From Psammoneis japonica (Eukaryota): a DNA stretch of 64,000 nucleotides. Position numbers and translations under genes: made by a program. Below the pieces are notes generated by a model. The model saw nothing but the letters and a program-made list of their open reading frames with translations. It made no database searches and was not told the origin of the DNA. Numbering within the stretch: the stretch's first letter is position 1; each line of letters opens with the position of its first letter. Location of the stretch: assembly GCA_008632985.1 (NCBI GenBank), contig QPGO01000142.1, positions 62,001-126,000 of the forward strand, written 5' to 3'. This document shows, piece after piece, positions 35,510 to 49,529 of the stretch.

Positions 35510-35937
35510 CGTGCTTTGAGGAGCTGCGATACACCGCCATTGACGTCCGCAAGTGCAGTCTTACCGAGCACACAAACTTACAGTCGCGGTATTTCAACGA
35601 GTCGTTGCACTATGTGCTCATAGGTTCAGTGGCTATATTTGTCCAAGTGCTTCTGTTGGAGACTCCTCGCGCGAGCAACGGAGAGTTTTATTGAAGAACC
35701 TGTACAAAGGCAAGCGCCCCCCCCCCCACACACACATTTATCGCGTTGCTAAACTTAATGCTAGCTTCAAGCCCATATGAAAATGATGCTACTTTAGGTC
35801 TAACTTAAGTTTTCTAAAAACGCACATTTTTATAAAAAATCTAAAGAACTTTATGAATATTGCTGGCATAAGGGCAAACAAAAGGGTGGATACAATCAAG
35901 GAAGTATGACCCTATCCTTGTTGACATTGGCACCACA

Positions 35938-38900
35938 TTACGGATTTTCGTTCACGCAGAAGTCGAGCTCTGAATCGTCTGAACAAATAGTCCCGCTTTC
36001 AGGAGTTGCCCCGGCTGTAAGAACTGTGTTGTAACAGTCAGGTATGCATGCGTCAATCGTTGCAGGTTCGAGCACACGAAAGGGCTGACCAGTAAAAAGG
36101 ACTAGTCTTGGGTCATTAGGATTCAAGCCTTCCAAAAGATCTCTGGTGGCCCCGTTGTACACTCGTCCAAACTCGGTGAGTCGGGCATTAGCGGTACCCG
36201 TGTTAATAACTTCGTAGCGAAATGAAGCGTCAACCAAACAATTCGAGTCAATACCAGCGCCTGCATCTCTGCATCTCTCAATCTGTAAGGCACCAAACTT
36301 ATCCTTGAGATTCAAGATCCCTTCTCCGGATGCGTCAAAGCTAACAACCTCGCTGACGGCGCCAGTCTCGGCATCGGCGACAGTGCAGGTAAGGTTATTT
36401 GGCAAGCAGGTGTCGTTGGCTGCTTGGATGGAAATGGTTTGATCAAGGAAAACGGTGCAGTTGCAGAAAACTCTCTCGGTATCGACACATGTAATCAGTG
36501 CAGCACCACCTTGGGGAATTGGGTTGTTGGGAAAGTCCTCGCATTGGGATTCGGGCTGTTGGTTAACTTCGTCATCGCAATCACAGTCTCTGTAAGAAAT
36601 GGTCAGACGGTCAATACAATCTCCTCCAGAGCAGCCTTCGGGCGGAGGTACAACATCTTCGCATGAAGATTCACCATCGATCAAGAAGCAGTCAATGTCG
36701 GTCTGGTTTTGATTGAAAGCAACATTTTAAAGTCATGAGAACGAGAAAGTTTGAAAAGAAGACAGGCAACACGAAATCATACCTCTAAATTGCAGGTGCG
36801 TTCAGGAATGCAGATATCAAGCGCATCTCTGTCTTCACAGATGGTCCCATCTTCGCCTTGTGCCACGGCGTCTACGGTTTTGTTGATACACAGGGCGGTA
36901 CAACTGTCAATCGTTCCAGGCTCGTTGACCCCAAATGCTTGACCTGGCTCAAGACTAAGGCTTGAGTTGTTCGGGTCTATACCTTCAAGTAGATTACGCT
37001 CTTCTCCGTTGCAAGTCCGGTCCAATGAAGTGACAACGGCATTGACGTTACCGGTATTGAATACATCGTATTTGTACGTAACGTCCACCAGACAGTTGGA
37101 ATCGATTTCCCCTGACTGATCTTGGCATCCCTCGATCTGCAACCTTCCAAACTTATCTTTAAGATTAAGGGGAGATCCACCCGATGCATCAAAGGTGACA
37201 TTTTGGTTGATAGCGCCAGTTTCGACATCGGATATAGTGCAGACCATGTCGACTGGAAGGCAAAGTCCATCGATATCTTGAAGTAAAACAATCTGTCCCT
37301 CAGTAACGGTACAATTGCAGTACACTCGTTCGGCCTTCTCACAAGTGATCTGTGCAGATCCGCCTTCGGGAATAGGGTTATTAGGAAAATCCACGCATAT
37401 TTCATCTTGTAGGTTATCGCTCTCTTCACAATTACAGCCTGTGAAAGACACCGTCAATCTATCAATGCATTGCCCACCAGTGCAACTTTCTTGGGGAGGT
37501 GTGATTACCTCGCAGGGTTCGTCACTCCCCACGACTGTGCAATCAACGCTTGTCTACGAGTATTGCAAGAGATACAAACGAATGTCAGTAAAATTTGAAA
37601 TGATATCAAGTGAAAAGTAAGCAACGCTGTGCAACATAAAACTTACATCGATGTCGCAAGGTAGTTCGACACAAAACTCGTAGGTGTCTGTGTCGTTGCA
37701 AGGAATAGCATCCGGAGGATTAGCTTGTACAACAACGGTAGTGTCGAAACAAGCCTCTTCACAGCGATCTAGCACTTGGGTTTCCATAGCCATGGTTGTA
37801 TCTCCGGGCTCAAGGAATGTTGGATCAACCGAAGAAATCAAATCGTCAGTTTCACCATTACGTGTGCGCAACAGCTCTGTGATGTCCATGTTGATGTCAC
37901 CAACGTTCTCCAGATTGTACGTGTACTTTACATCCAAGAAGCAATCTTGCTCGTTTCCGTCCTCGTCCTCGCAGCTCTTGAGAGTAATGCTACCAAACTT
38001 GTCCTGGAGGTCTAGATCGACAGTTCCTGATGCATCAAATGTCACTTCCTGACATGTCCTTTCTCCGTTTTGACTTGAGATGGTACACTGGATTGTGTCA
38101 GGAAGAGAAGAACCTTCATCAGCCTCGAGAGTGAATACGTTTTCCGGGAATGACTTTCGTATGTTGTTGTTTGTGTAAAAGAAATCCTCACCCTCACAGG
38201 TGACTTGGACACGGACAGATGTAGTACAAAACTCGAAATCCTCGCTATCTTCGCATGCAAAAGTACCGTCGTTCACTTGGCTGTTGATACTTGAATTGCA
38301 ATCACAGCTTTCGTAAATGAATGAAAGTTTCGTTAGCGGTTCACTGCCTGATGCACATTTCCCATTTATCGGAGGGATTTCCTGACAGCTGGTACCAGTT
38401 GGTACATCCTCCTGCATTTCTGTGGCAACGCAATCGATTTCTACGTCAACCAAACACTCTGGTATTGTAGTAGGAGATAACGTCGGAGGAGGCGTTGGAC
38501 TCGGAGAAGGTGCCGGGGTTGGTGACCGCGTAGGAGGTAGTGTCGGACCTGGTGTGGGGTCTGGTGTCGCAGGAACCGGTGTTGGGATTGGTGTGGGACT
38601 TGGCGTTGGAGCCGGAGTTGGCTGTGGTGTCGGACCCGGCGAAGGTGGTGGTGTAGGTTCAGGAGTTGGACTTGATGTAGGAGCCGGTGTTGGGCTTGGT
38701 GTTGGCGCTGGAGTCGGCTCTGACGTCGGAGGTGGAGATGGCTGTGGTGTCGGACCCGGCGACGGTGGAAGTGTAGGTCCAGGCGTTGGGCTTGGTGTTG
38801 ACGCTGAAGTTGGCTCTGACGTCGGAAGTGGAGATGGCTGTGGTGTCGGACCCGGCGACGGCGTAAGTGTAGGTTCAGGCGTTGGACTTGGTGTGGGAGG

Positions 38901-39485
38901 AGGTGTTGTGATTGGTGTTGGTGCTGAAGATGGCTCTGGCGTTGGAAGCGGAGTTGGTTGTGGTGTCGGACTCGGCGAAGGCGGAAGTGTAGGTTCAGGC
39001 GTTGGACTTGGTGTGGGAGCAGGTGTTGTGATTGGTGTTGGTGCTGAAGATGGCTCTGGCGTTGGAAGCGGAGTTGTCTCTGGCGTCGGACTAGGTGAAG
39101 GCGGAGGTGTAGGAGCTGGTGTCGGACCTGGTGAAGTAGGAACCGTTGTTGGGCCTGGTGTTGGGAGAGGAGTAGGCCCAGGTGAGGGTGGCGGAGTCGG
39201 TGTCGGGGTAGGCCCGGGCGTTGGTGGTGGAGACGGGGATGCGGTCGGTTCTGCCGTTGACGGTGCAGTGGGATTCGGCGTAGGCGGCGGTGAAGGTGGA
39301 GGAGTGATACTCATTTCCTCAGAGTCTTGAAGCAGACGAGCCCAGAAGTCTTTCTCATCATCTGAAAGGGTTGATATGGCTCGTTCAGCTTCCCGGAACA
39401 GGCCGCCACCAAAAAAGGCAACGTCTTGCGAAAAGGCAACATTAGCCGACGCGAGAACTAGAGAGACAATGCTCGAAACCTTCAT
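35938..39485 (-). CDS. Secreted protein with long Pro/Thr/Ser stalk and three Cys-rich ~250-aa modules; exons 39485-37647, 37553-36783, 36702-35938
   Basis: Signal [19 protein letters not shown]; two phase-0 GT-AG introns restore one frame; motif V(T/S)FDASG...L(Q/K)DKFG in each module. Confidence 0.88.
38470..39305 (-). repeat. Coding (TP/SP)-rich tandem repeats, including a near-perfect 120-bp duplication
   Basis: Lines starting 38881 and 39001 are nearly identical; PTPxPT units. Confidence 0.9.
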
Positions 39486-39889
39486 TTCTAACGCAGCTCC
39501 AAGCAGAGCCTGATGACCTGTACCTCTTTTACAACAACAATATGTAAGAGATGCTGTCTTGTATCTCTTTTTAGATGAGGAAACGCAACGCGGCTGGAAA
39601 CCACGATCTTTTTGATTGAGAGTTTGTGAGCAGTCGGTGTGAACAGCAGCAGTTCAGATTTTTTCTCTCTCGGAGTAGGCTTCGCTAATAAGTCGTGATG
39701 CGCTACCAAATTTAGACGGAATGAATGAAGTAATTTACTTTTTGCACGTATAGAAAACATATAGAGTTGAATAAAAAGAATATTTATTGCACTCGCTTTC
39801 TGCTACCCCTTTTGATAGTAATATTGTATGATAGATAATTGTCATTGGATATAGATAAAAATATTGATGTTGTCTATCACAGAAGAGAG

Positions 39890-40470
39890 CATGGCACATG
39901 GAACTCGATGCATGCTGTGTCGGCACAAAGGAAGGACCAACCTGAAGTGACGCACACACACGTGGGGCTTTCTAGACCCTGAGATTGTCATTTCCAATGC
40001 AGCTGTCTAGCCTCCATCTTATTTTGTACTGTCAACAAAATTGTGTGGTTGTGTGTTCTTCACAGCTGTTCTTTGCAAATTCAAGCTTCGCAACAACAAA
40101 AAAAGAGCCGCACGATGACATGCAGCGGCCCCAAAGCTGTGTGCGCAGCGCTGGGTGTTGCTCAAAGCCTTCACCACAGCCGCAAAAGCCATTTCCTCTC
40201 ATGGCATGCCCAAAGAATTTTTGTTTTAAAGGATTGAGTTTGACAGTGCCAGGCACCTGTGGAATTTTTGTGCCCAAAGGTTGTCTGTTTTCCACAGCAC
40301 AAAAAGCGGCAAAAGGAGAAATCATGTGTTGTCATTTTGGTGGAGCCCTCCTTGGAGCCAGCATTCATTGTTCTGTCAATGCTGCTCTTCAAAATGTGTG
40401 GCACCAGAGCAGCCATCTTTCTATTTTGAGTCTTGTTGGTGCTGTCCAGCTGAAGAGGTGCAACGAGGAG
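39890..40470. other. Small degenerate TpA/CpG-poor island
   Basis: TG/CA excess and few TA, flanked by AT-rich intergenic DNA. Confidence 0.55.
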
Positions 40471-40823
40471 CCGTCGTCGTCGTACGCTGAGAAATTGCGA
40501 AAAAGTGGAGAGAAAAGGAAATGTCCGAATTCGATCAAATATCTGACAAATATTTTCAGAAATTAGTAAAATATAATGTATTCAAACATGCATAAAGCAG
40601 TTATCGCCATTCCGTCGTTCGTAAATCATACGAGCATGAATAATGTTATAATGAATTCGGAAAAATTGACAAAATAACCCGGATCCAAACACACGACGCA
40701 CAACGCACAACAACGCTAACAAGCTAACAAAGCAACAACTGAACACGTCGGTGTCAAGACAAGTAGAACAACAATTCTCTTTCAGTTTACAGTTTTTCTT
40801 TTTGTTTATGGCATTTTGAAAAT

Positions 40824-43347
40824 ATGGCGTCACATCCACGGAACGATGAGGAAGATGCCTGGACGATTAGAGGCGGAAAAAGATCCTGGGGAGATGTGGA
40901 AGAGACGGAAAATAAGCAAGCCATTCGTCGAGCTCGTTCCGAGGAGGAAGAAGAACCATGCACCAAGATGGCTCGTTTACCAGTTTCTGCCGACAGCTCT
41001 ACCCCTAGCTCATCCTCGTCTTGGCCGTGTTTGGTGTCTCCTCCTCTTGTAGCAGCTGCTTCCAAGAGGGCCTTTGCGTTGCGTGAGCCTCATGCCAAAA
41101 AGTTACTTCACACATTTATGATGAACTCGTCCGTCATTACCACCTCTGGAACTATGGAAGCACGTGAAGAATCACCCCCATCTCAGTCCTTGCCGTATGC
41201 TCCCAGCTTGAAAGAGTATTGTGCACCTGGTGGAACAAGCAGATTTTTGCCAAAGCCAGAGTGGATTACTCCTCGGCGGCAGAGAAACTCTCGCTCGAAT
41301 GAACCTGGATTATGCAAAACTCACAAGGTGACAGATGTAGCTACAGGTGAAGGAGTACCTGATGCTCCACCGCTGCCTTTGCCGGTAGATACGCGAGAAA
41401 ATGGAAACGAGGCTCCCAGCGATGGCCTGTTACCGGATCACTTGTTTGGTGCCTGGTCGTCTCCTCGGCAGCGTGAACAGTCCAGATCCGGCATTGTATC
41501 TCCAGCTAGAGATGGAGCCGCCGCTGCTGCTGAAACCAATGTTGATGCCTTTCCACCTTCGGGAGTATTTACGAATAGTAAGGTCAATGCAATTGCTTAT
41601 GCCCGACAAAGAGAAAGATCACCAGAGGCACACGTGACAAGGGCGGAGTTTGGGAAGGACAAGGACACGGCGCTTCACGTGGCAATTCGGGAAGGAGCCA
41701 CGGAAGCTGCTCTCGATTTGCTCGACAAGGGTACCTTGGTAGATGCCGAAAACAACAAGGGCGTGACACCCCTGATACTCGCAAGTCAAAAAGGTAATCT
41801 GGACGTGGTGCAAGCGCTTTTGGATCGCAGAGCTAGTCCTCTGGAAGCGTCCAGAACGGGTTGTACCCCCTTGCTACAAGCTTCTCATTTTGGTCATGGC
41901 AATGTTGTAAACCTGTTGCTCCGACATGGTGCTAGGATTGAATTTGCCAACAACAAGAATACTACGGCGTTAATGCGAGCATCGCAAGAAGGCCACAGCC
42001 ATATTGTTGAAACGTTGTTGCGCCACGGGGCACAGGCAAATCGACGAAACAATGAACAAATGAGCGCCCTCATGTTGGCTTCCCAACGAGGTCATGCCTC
42101 GGTGGTGAAGCAACTTGTAGATGCCGAAGCCGATCTCGACGTCAAGACTCCACAGAATTCAACGGCGCTCATGTTGGCGTGTAAACGGGGGCACATGGAC
42201 GTGGTCAAGGTATTGGTCGTTTCCGGCTGCGAATTGCAGCATCGAGACGCCCGTGGTCGTACGGCACGTGACATGGCACAACGCAAAAACCACAAGGAGC
42301 TGGTGGACCTCTTGACGCCCACCATGCAGGTTGAACTCATGCGAAGAGAATCGAGGTGTGAACGAAGCCATGTCATGATTCAACTGTGGCAGCTACTCCA
42401 AAAAGAACGTGCGCTTGTGAAGCATCCGGTGGAAGACATTGCAATCACGATTCATCAACTATACGATCATCCAAAGCGTCTACAGGTGCTTTCGTGTATG
42501 CCCAAAACTGTGAGTTTGTTGGTGCAGGCCATGATGCTTCCGGCTCCGCTATTGCAAAACATTGCTGCGTTTTTGCCGTTACCCCGAATGTGGGATCGAA
42601 GAATCGGGTTGATTACCAGAAGGTGCGGTGTTGACGCTGATTCGTCAGTTTCATGTACCATGGATCTTATCGATGAAATATTGGAAGAGGGTGGCTTTGT
42701 TGAAGCGTGTGATGTGGCAGGAGTGACACCACCAACCAACTTTGCAAATTGGGTACGTTCAGAGTTTTTTGATTTTGCCGTTACGATAGAGCATTGCCTC
42801 AGCCTTTGCATTTTCGTTTTGCTTTTCGTGCAATCAGAAAGAATGGAAATCCTGGGGGAAGCGGTGTGATGTGAAGCACAAGGCGTCCTCCGAGGACTTG
42901 ACCGCCTCTTACGGTTACCAGGCCAGTGCTACCGGCAGCACACTCCCCGCACTCTTGCCAAGTGACCCTGTTTCATCGTCATCAACATGTTCTTCTTCTA
43001 CACATCATTTACCCAACAGCCACACAAATCCTCAACAGGGTGAATCGGCTAATGTCAGCAATAGCGAACCTTTGCGTCGTTTGTCATCTGTCCAAATGAG
43101 ACGTGAGGTTTGCTTTTTACAACTCTTGGCTTATCGGTCACCCATGTTGGCAAGAACCTTGGCGTTGCCACCCTACAACATGTCACCAGTGCTTTTACAG
43201 CAATTGAAGAACATTAATGATATTCAATCGCTCGTAAGACGAATGGGGTCGAAGGGAGTTCATTTTGAAGCGAGTGTAGCTATTGAACTGGTCTTGTTGG
43301 CTGGTACGCTTGCAAATTGGTATCACAGAGAACGAGCAGAGTGTTGA
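40824..43347 (+). CDS. Ankyrin-repeat protein, 2 exons (40824-42752, 42838-43347)
   Basis: About six ANK repeats (TALHVA, TPLILA, TPLLQA, TALMRA, SALMLA, TALMLA); phase-0 intron GTACGT...TCAG joins the downstream ORF. Confidence 0.9.
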
Positions 43348-43960
43348 CGAATGAGCTCGTATTTTCAATTGTTCCAACCTACGCTACTGTGGGCTAAGTT
43401 AAGTTGTCCATTCTCAGCAGAATACATTGCATCCGCGTCTCCCGTCACCGCTCTAGGGTTTCTGCATTGCACTTCATGGCGATTCTCCTGGAGATGCTGT
43501 TGAGTCGTAGTTGCGGTTGAACCGCGGTTGTTCCAGTAACGTCTTGCTCTAGAGTATGAGTTAGCCCACTAGTTTGCGCTGATGAAAATGGAGAACAACT
43601 TGTCGAAACCTGGGCATTGGTTGTATCGGACGGGAGAGTAACACATCAGGTAGAATGCTCTTGCAATTGAACTGCATTGCTCCTGGATGTCTTGTTGCAC
43701 AACGTGATCAAGTTCAAAGTTCGTACATCATATGCTCTAGCCTTAACGATCCCGTGTCATTCCGTCATAGTATCGTGCCGCATTTTGTTTCATCTAGTAG
43801 TAGCTCTAGAGTAGAGAGTAGAGACTATCTATCGCATCGCGGATATCTATCGCTGCCTCTGGAAACGAATAGCGCGCCCGCCTATGAATGGTAGGATTGC
43901 CGCTGCACCTCGCACCTCGCCTTCAACAGAAACATCAACAAAACAACAAAACAATGCACC

Positions 43961-45723
43961 ATGAACAACAACAACCTTAGCTTTGAATTACACGACGCTC
44001 TGCAGACGTGTATGCGCTTACTGCTACAACAGCGAGATGGGTCTGCAGCTGTGTTGCTTTCATCTTCGTCGTCGTCTGGTTCTTCTTCTAATGGCCGCGA
44101 ACGCAACACTTACGAGATTCGTCGTGCGATTCGAAGTCTCGGGCGTGTCGTTGATAGTCTGGAAGAACGGTTGTTTTGCGAGCATGACTACAATGACTTT
44201 CAGCACGTTGGTAATGATTTGGTTACCATTTTGACAGAGTTTGGACAAGCCATTGGTGCTGTCATGGAGTCGTCGTCCTTGGCGGTGTCGAGCGTCGAGT
44301 TTTGGATGCTGTATTACCAAATTGCACAGGAGGCCAGTCGCAATGTACAGATCATGATGCTGGAGGGCAACACCGAAACTGCTCAGTCTACTAATTTATC
44401 GTTTGTATTGGAAACGACCCAAGTGGATGCCTTGATGGATCGAGTCGCGACGCTACTCTTGTGGTATCAACAGAGCACGCAGTACGGAGGAGGCGCACCG
44501 CCGACCGAGACTCTCCTTCTTCTGGGTTCATTGGCAATGCTCATCAATACACATCTTGCTATTTTGAAGGATCAACGACAAGCAGTGCTCTTGTTGAAAC
44601 CACTCGAGACGGTTCAACTACTTCAACTCGCGATCCTCAATGTATGCAACACTTGCTTGTTCGGTGGGACGCGGCATCTCTTCAACAACAATACCGGGAC
44701 AAGCAAGAGCTCGTATGCAACTCTGCATGCTTGTCGCAAACTTGTTTCAACATTAGCAGTCTCCACGAGGAAGCGACAGCTAACGAGCATCATCCCTACC
44801 AACGAAAGCAACCGACTTCAATCACGAGTTGGTTGGAAGACGTGCTATCTCAAGCACCCCAAGAACACAACCCGACCGTATATCAAGGAGCGCAGAAATT
44901 CTTGAGTACCAGTCACGACTTTGGACTCGAGGTCACCGAGTATGCATTGGATGTTTTGGACGGCGCGTCTCTTGTCTTGAACTCGGAAACAAACCATCAT
45001 CAAAACCAATTGCTTGTTGTACCCGTTTTGAGGGATGCAATCCAGAATGTATCCTTGGCTACCACTCTCATTTCCATACTGACACAGTTTGAGAGCATCG
45101 AGCACATTTCGACTCGGTCTCTCTTGGTCAATTACTCGACCTTTGTGACATCCACGTGTCACCAAGCCCTGTCGAACCTTGATCCTGAACTGGAGGATGT
45201 CGATGGGATTCGTCATACAGTCAGCGAACTACTCCTTCAGTTGGCGCAAGTCGTCGTTCTTCAGCAGCAAGGCACGGGCGATGCAAAAGCGATTTTGGAA
45301 GATTCTGCCATGGAGAATGCCATTGCTATTGCAGTCTTCAAGGGTCTGGAAGTTCCTAGTGCGTCGCAGGATCTAGCCATCATTTTACAGTGTATCGGCA
45401 AGTCGTCGTCGTCGTCAAGTGGCTCGCCGCACCAACAAGACACGCGTCCGTCCAAGAGGCACCGATCTGTATCGGCACATGGCCCTTCCATCGAAACAAC
45501 AATAGCACCATGTTGCACGTCTTGCAAGCGGCAGCCATGTCGGCCTTGGTATTACCCAGTCACGGGGACGTTTCGTCCAAGAAATCAAGCAGCATCAAGT
45601 CCAAACACTCTTGGAAACAATCGCAGCAGCACAGCCCCGTCCCCTGATCCGTGGCAGGCTCTCTTGGCCAACAAGATTTCCGAGAACCAAGTCAATATTA
45701 CGCACCGTTGTGAAAACGAATGA
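43961..45723 (+). CDS. Hypothetical protein, apparently one gene split by a frameshift near 44760-44800
   Basis: Overlapping ORFs 43961-44905 and 44461-45723 are each protein-like on opposite sides of the switch. Confidence 0.55.
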
Positions 45724-45866
45724 ACGTAGGGGTAGGTACGAAGCTTGCATTCGGCTGCAGTGATTATTGGGGGTGATTATTGCAACAAAGATTCTTCAAT
45801 AGACCATTCCATTTTACTTCATACCGCCTTGTTAGCGCTGCTGGATCGCCTAGTAGTAGTGTGCTC

Positions 45867-46409
45867 TTACGATTTGCTTTCTTGTAGCATGCCCTGGCTT
45901 GCTAAATAGGCAGCTCCCGAATCCGCCCACACCTTGTACACTGTAATTTTGGCTTGTTGTCAAACTCGAGTCGATAGGTAAAGACTTCGTCCCATGTATT
46001 GCCTGTGGACTTCCACTCAAAGGTTGCCTTGCCCTCGACACAAACGGTGGAATGCTCTTCATCGCAAATGTACCAGAAAACTCCATGTTTTTGTAATTTA
46101 AGAGATTCGCAATAGTGATAAAGTAATCCCGTGCCTGTGAATGAAAACAAGAGATAGTCTTTATTGGGTAAGCATTTGATCAACAAGGAAGCAACACAAA
46201 ACCACAAGAAAATAAGACACGTACTCCGTCCATCCCAACATATTTCTTGTTGAGAAAGGGTGCAAGTTGCGTGAGCCCATGCTCGAAACATAGGACGTTT
46301 TCCGTCGTCGAAAAGTTGTCTAGGACCTTGTCGAGGGATTGTTTGTTGCAAAGGCATCACAGAGCGACCTTGCGGTGCGGAGCATTGCCTCCCGGCGTCG
46401 GTCCGACAT
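45867..46409 (-). CDS. Small SnoaL/NTF2-like protein with one intron and apparent single-base frameshifts
   Basis: Reconstructed pieces: MSDRRREAMLRTARSLCDAFA / LDNFSTTENVLCFEHGLTQLAPFLNKKYVG / VEGKATFEWKSTGNTWDEVFTYRLEFD / VYKVWADSGAAYLASQG. Confidence 0.7.
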
Positions 46410-46897
46410 GGTCAATGTTGAAGCGAAATCCAAATTTTTTCAAGTTTGGAATTTTTGGTCGAGTGATGTTTTTCAGTTCGACAATTTCGATATTGCCCAA
46501 AATGTAGGTATTAATTCCATCGTTGTTGTATATAAATTTTTGTATTCTTGATTGACAACGACCACTATCTTTAGGTGTGAAATATCATCAATTAAATTCT
46601 GATGACGTTCGTGTCAGCCTTATTTAACGCAAGGCACACGTCAGCGCCTAATTGAAGGGGTGATGCGACGTTGAAGCGATCTCCATCACTTATTTAACAT
46701 TCATTTCTATTTATCATATTATACGTGTGTTTCTGACGGTTGTTGAAAGTGGATGGATCTCGAGCTCGCCTGGCGGCATACGGACTGCCAACGAACACGA
46801 CTGGTCTACATACGTGGAGCAATGTACTGATTCTACGTAGAACGTCCGTGGCCCACTTTTGAAAAGCTGCGCGCTCGCACGAGTCTGAGCGCAGAGC

Positions 46898-49064
46898 ATG
46901 AGAGAGGAACTCCAACCGCATCGCTTCGTGGCCATGGCTCGAGACTGTAATAGCAACAACAACATCACCGACAGCGCCATGTCGACATCTTCTGATACTA
47001 CATCGCATCCCCCAATACAACAAAAGAAGGGTGGTAAGCCCAACAATAAGAATTATCATCGTGGTAAGAACAACGGTAGCAATCGTAGGAGAGGCGGCGG
47101 AACACATCAGCAGCAGCACTCTCCTCCGAACCCTCATAGTCATTACAACAACAGCCAGAGCAGGAGAAGACACAACCATCACGCTCAGGTCCATCCGCAT
47201 AATCCTTCTACTACTACTTCTATCACCGCTTCTGTACATGCCCCGCAACAGTCACAAGAACTACGACAAACTCTCGTCTCGTTGGAGTTGCATGATTCCC
47301 CCGAAGGCCTTTCTCGTAGGCAAGCAGCTCTCCAGGCTCTTCAAGACATTTTGGGACAATGGTCGGATGGACTCGCATCGTATGCCGCTTCTTCTAACAA
47401 GTGGTCACGCCCACGAGTATCACTGATTGCGTTTGGGTCGTTTCGATTGGGTGTGCACCGTCCCGACGCCGACATGGATCTCCTGGCTCTGTCCCCGCCG
47501 CACTGTTCACGAGAGGACTTTTTTTCAAGTTTGCCCCGCTTACTGTCGCTCGACACGCGAGTCACCGACTTGCATCCCATTCCCGGAGCGTACACGCCCG
47601 TTATTAAGTTTTCCATGCTGGGTGTCGCGATTGACTTGCTCTTTGCGAGACTTGCTCACACCAAGTCTAGCAGCATTTTGATTCCTGCTCCGGCGGTGGA
47701 ACAACGGTATCAGCTGCGTATTCAAGACTCGGATTGATTGGAATGGATGAAGCAGGGATCCGGTCCTTGAATGGAGTGCGAGTGCACAGATGTTGCTGGA
47801 GATTGTGCCAATCTGGATCATTTCAGAACCGTTCTGAGGGCCATCAAGGAGTGGGCGCTGGTGCATGGACTGTACTCGAACGTATTGGGCTTTTTGGGTG
47901 GAATCAACTGGGCCATTATGGTGGCGTTTATTTGCAAGGCCAACCCAGACGCGTTGCCATCGACGCTTTTGAGAATATTTTTCCATACCTTTGCGCACTG
48001 GAACTGGCCGCATCCAGTCACGCTGGCGGAGATTGCTCATGTACCGCCAGAGGGAGGTGAGTGTGGTCTGCAGAAGCTACTATAAGTGTATCAGTGCTTG
48101 GTTTGGTATCTAACACTCACACTTGCTTCGTCTCCTTTTCTGTTCCTTAGTAACTCCACAACCGGTCTGGAACCCAGACAACTATGCTAGTCGAGATAGC
48201 TCTCACGTTATGCCCATCATTACGCCCGCGTATCCAAGCATGAACTCCTCCTACAATGTGGGTTATCCGCAGCTGAGGAGGATATCCATGGAACTTACCG
48301 AGGCTAACCGTATCGTGGCCAACATTGAAGAGGGAAAGGCGACTTGGGACGACTTGTTTCGCGGGAGCAACTTTTTCCGTCAACACGTTCAGTTCTTGCA
48401 GGTACGGAGTGCTGTTGAGTAGCTTTCTCCAGTCGTATCCTTGCCCGTATGGAAGGTTTTCTCACGCTTGATCCCGTTTCATTATTTCTAGATTAATATC
48501 TCTGCCAAGAACGGACAGGATTTTTTGGAATGGTTTCGATTGTGTGAGTCTAGAATGAGGCTTTTGTTTGCCGGTCTTGAGACTTTTTCGTTTACTTTGA
48601 ACGGAGAACGGACGTTTGGAGTTCAGGCGTATCCATTTGCAAAATTCTTTGACCAGAAATACAACCACAATGGCAAATATATGGGAGTGGGAAAGAGTGC
48701 CGACAAGTGCAAACACGAGTCGTGTTTGTTTGTGGCACTGCGGTTCGCACATGGACTCGAGAGTGCAAACCTGGGAAACTCGTGTTCGGAGTTTTTGCAC
48801 CGCCTCAATAGTTGGGAAGGGCGTCGTGAGGGAATGCTAATCACCATTGAGCACGTGCAGCAAAAGGATTTGCCATCATTTGTACACGATGAGCACCATC
48901 CACAGGACATGTCGTCGTCAGACGACAGCATGGATGTGTCTTCTGCTACTACTACTACTAACGGCATGCCGCCGCCGAGTATGCCATCCGAGAATCCGTT
49001 ACAGGGAAAATTTGTGGGACCGTCGATACAGGTTCCATCACCTGCTAAACGTGCAAGGACCTGA
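46898..49064 (+). CDS. PAP1: Canonical poly(A) polymerase; introns 48057-48150 and 48402-48491; frameshifts near 47735-47795
   Basis: FGSFRLGVHRPDADMD, AYTPVIKF, IRSLNGVRV, WALVHGLYSNVLGFLGGINWA, MPIITPAYPSMNSSYNV. Confidence 0.92.
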
Positions 49065-49529
49065 GGGTAGGAGGAAAAGTGAGGATACAATCTCGATGTT
49101 GTGCTTTTCGATGAGCTGGGTCCGGCCTTCCGTGCAGGGCTCCCGGTTACTCGCTGAGTACTTTTATTCATTGCATCTCGTGTCTGCTGTCTGAAGAAAG
49201 AATACAGATACAATTGCTATTCAGACACTGCTGCGAGAAGCTGCGTTCTCCGTATTATACAAGATTGGTCGGAACATTTTGGACCAAGACACGCATAGCT
49301 TCTTGGGGGCCTTAGTGTTTCTACTGCTGCCCGTTTTGTGTTATATTTTCCTGTGGTTCTTCATGTCATTCCATTTCTCTACTTTTTATAACCTTAGAAG
49401 AAATATAGTATTTGTGACGCTGTATTTACTTCTAGACCGACGATTGCAACCACTCGATCGGCGATTCTGCAGCCAAACGCCGCAAAAAGAAAAAGCAAAT
49501 AACATGTTTGGTTGGTACAGCATGTATTT

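Noticed and set aside
38422..39330. 302-aa Gly/Val-rich plus-strand ORF (likewise 4213-4695 on the minus strand)
   Set aside because: Antisense shadow of Pro/Thr coding repeats.
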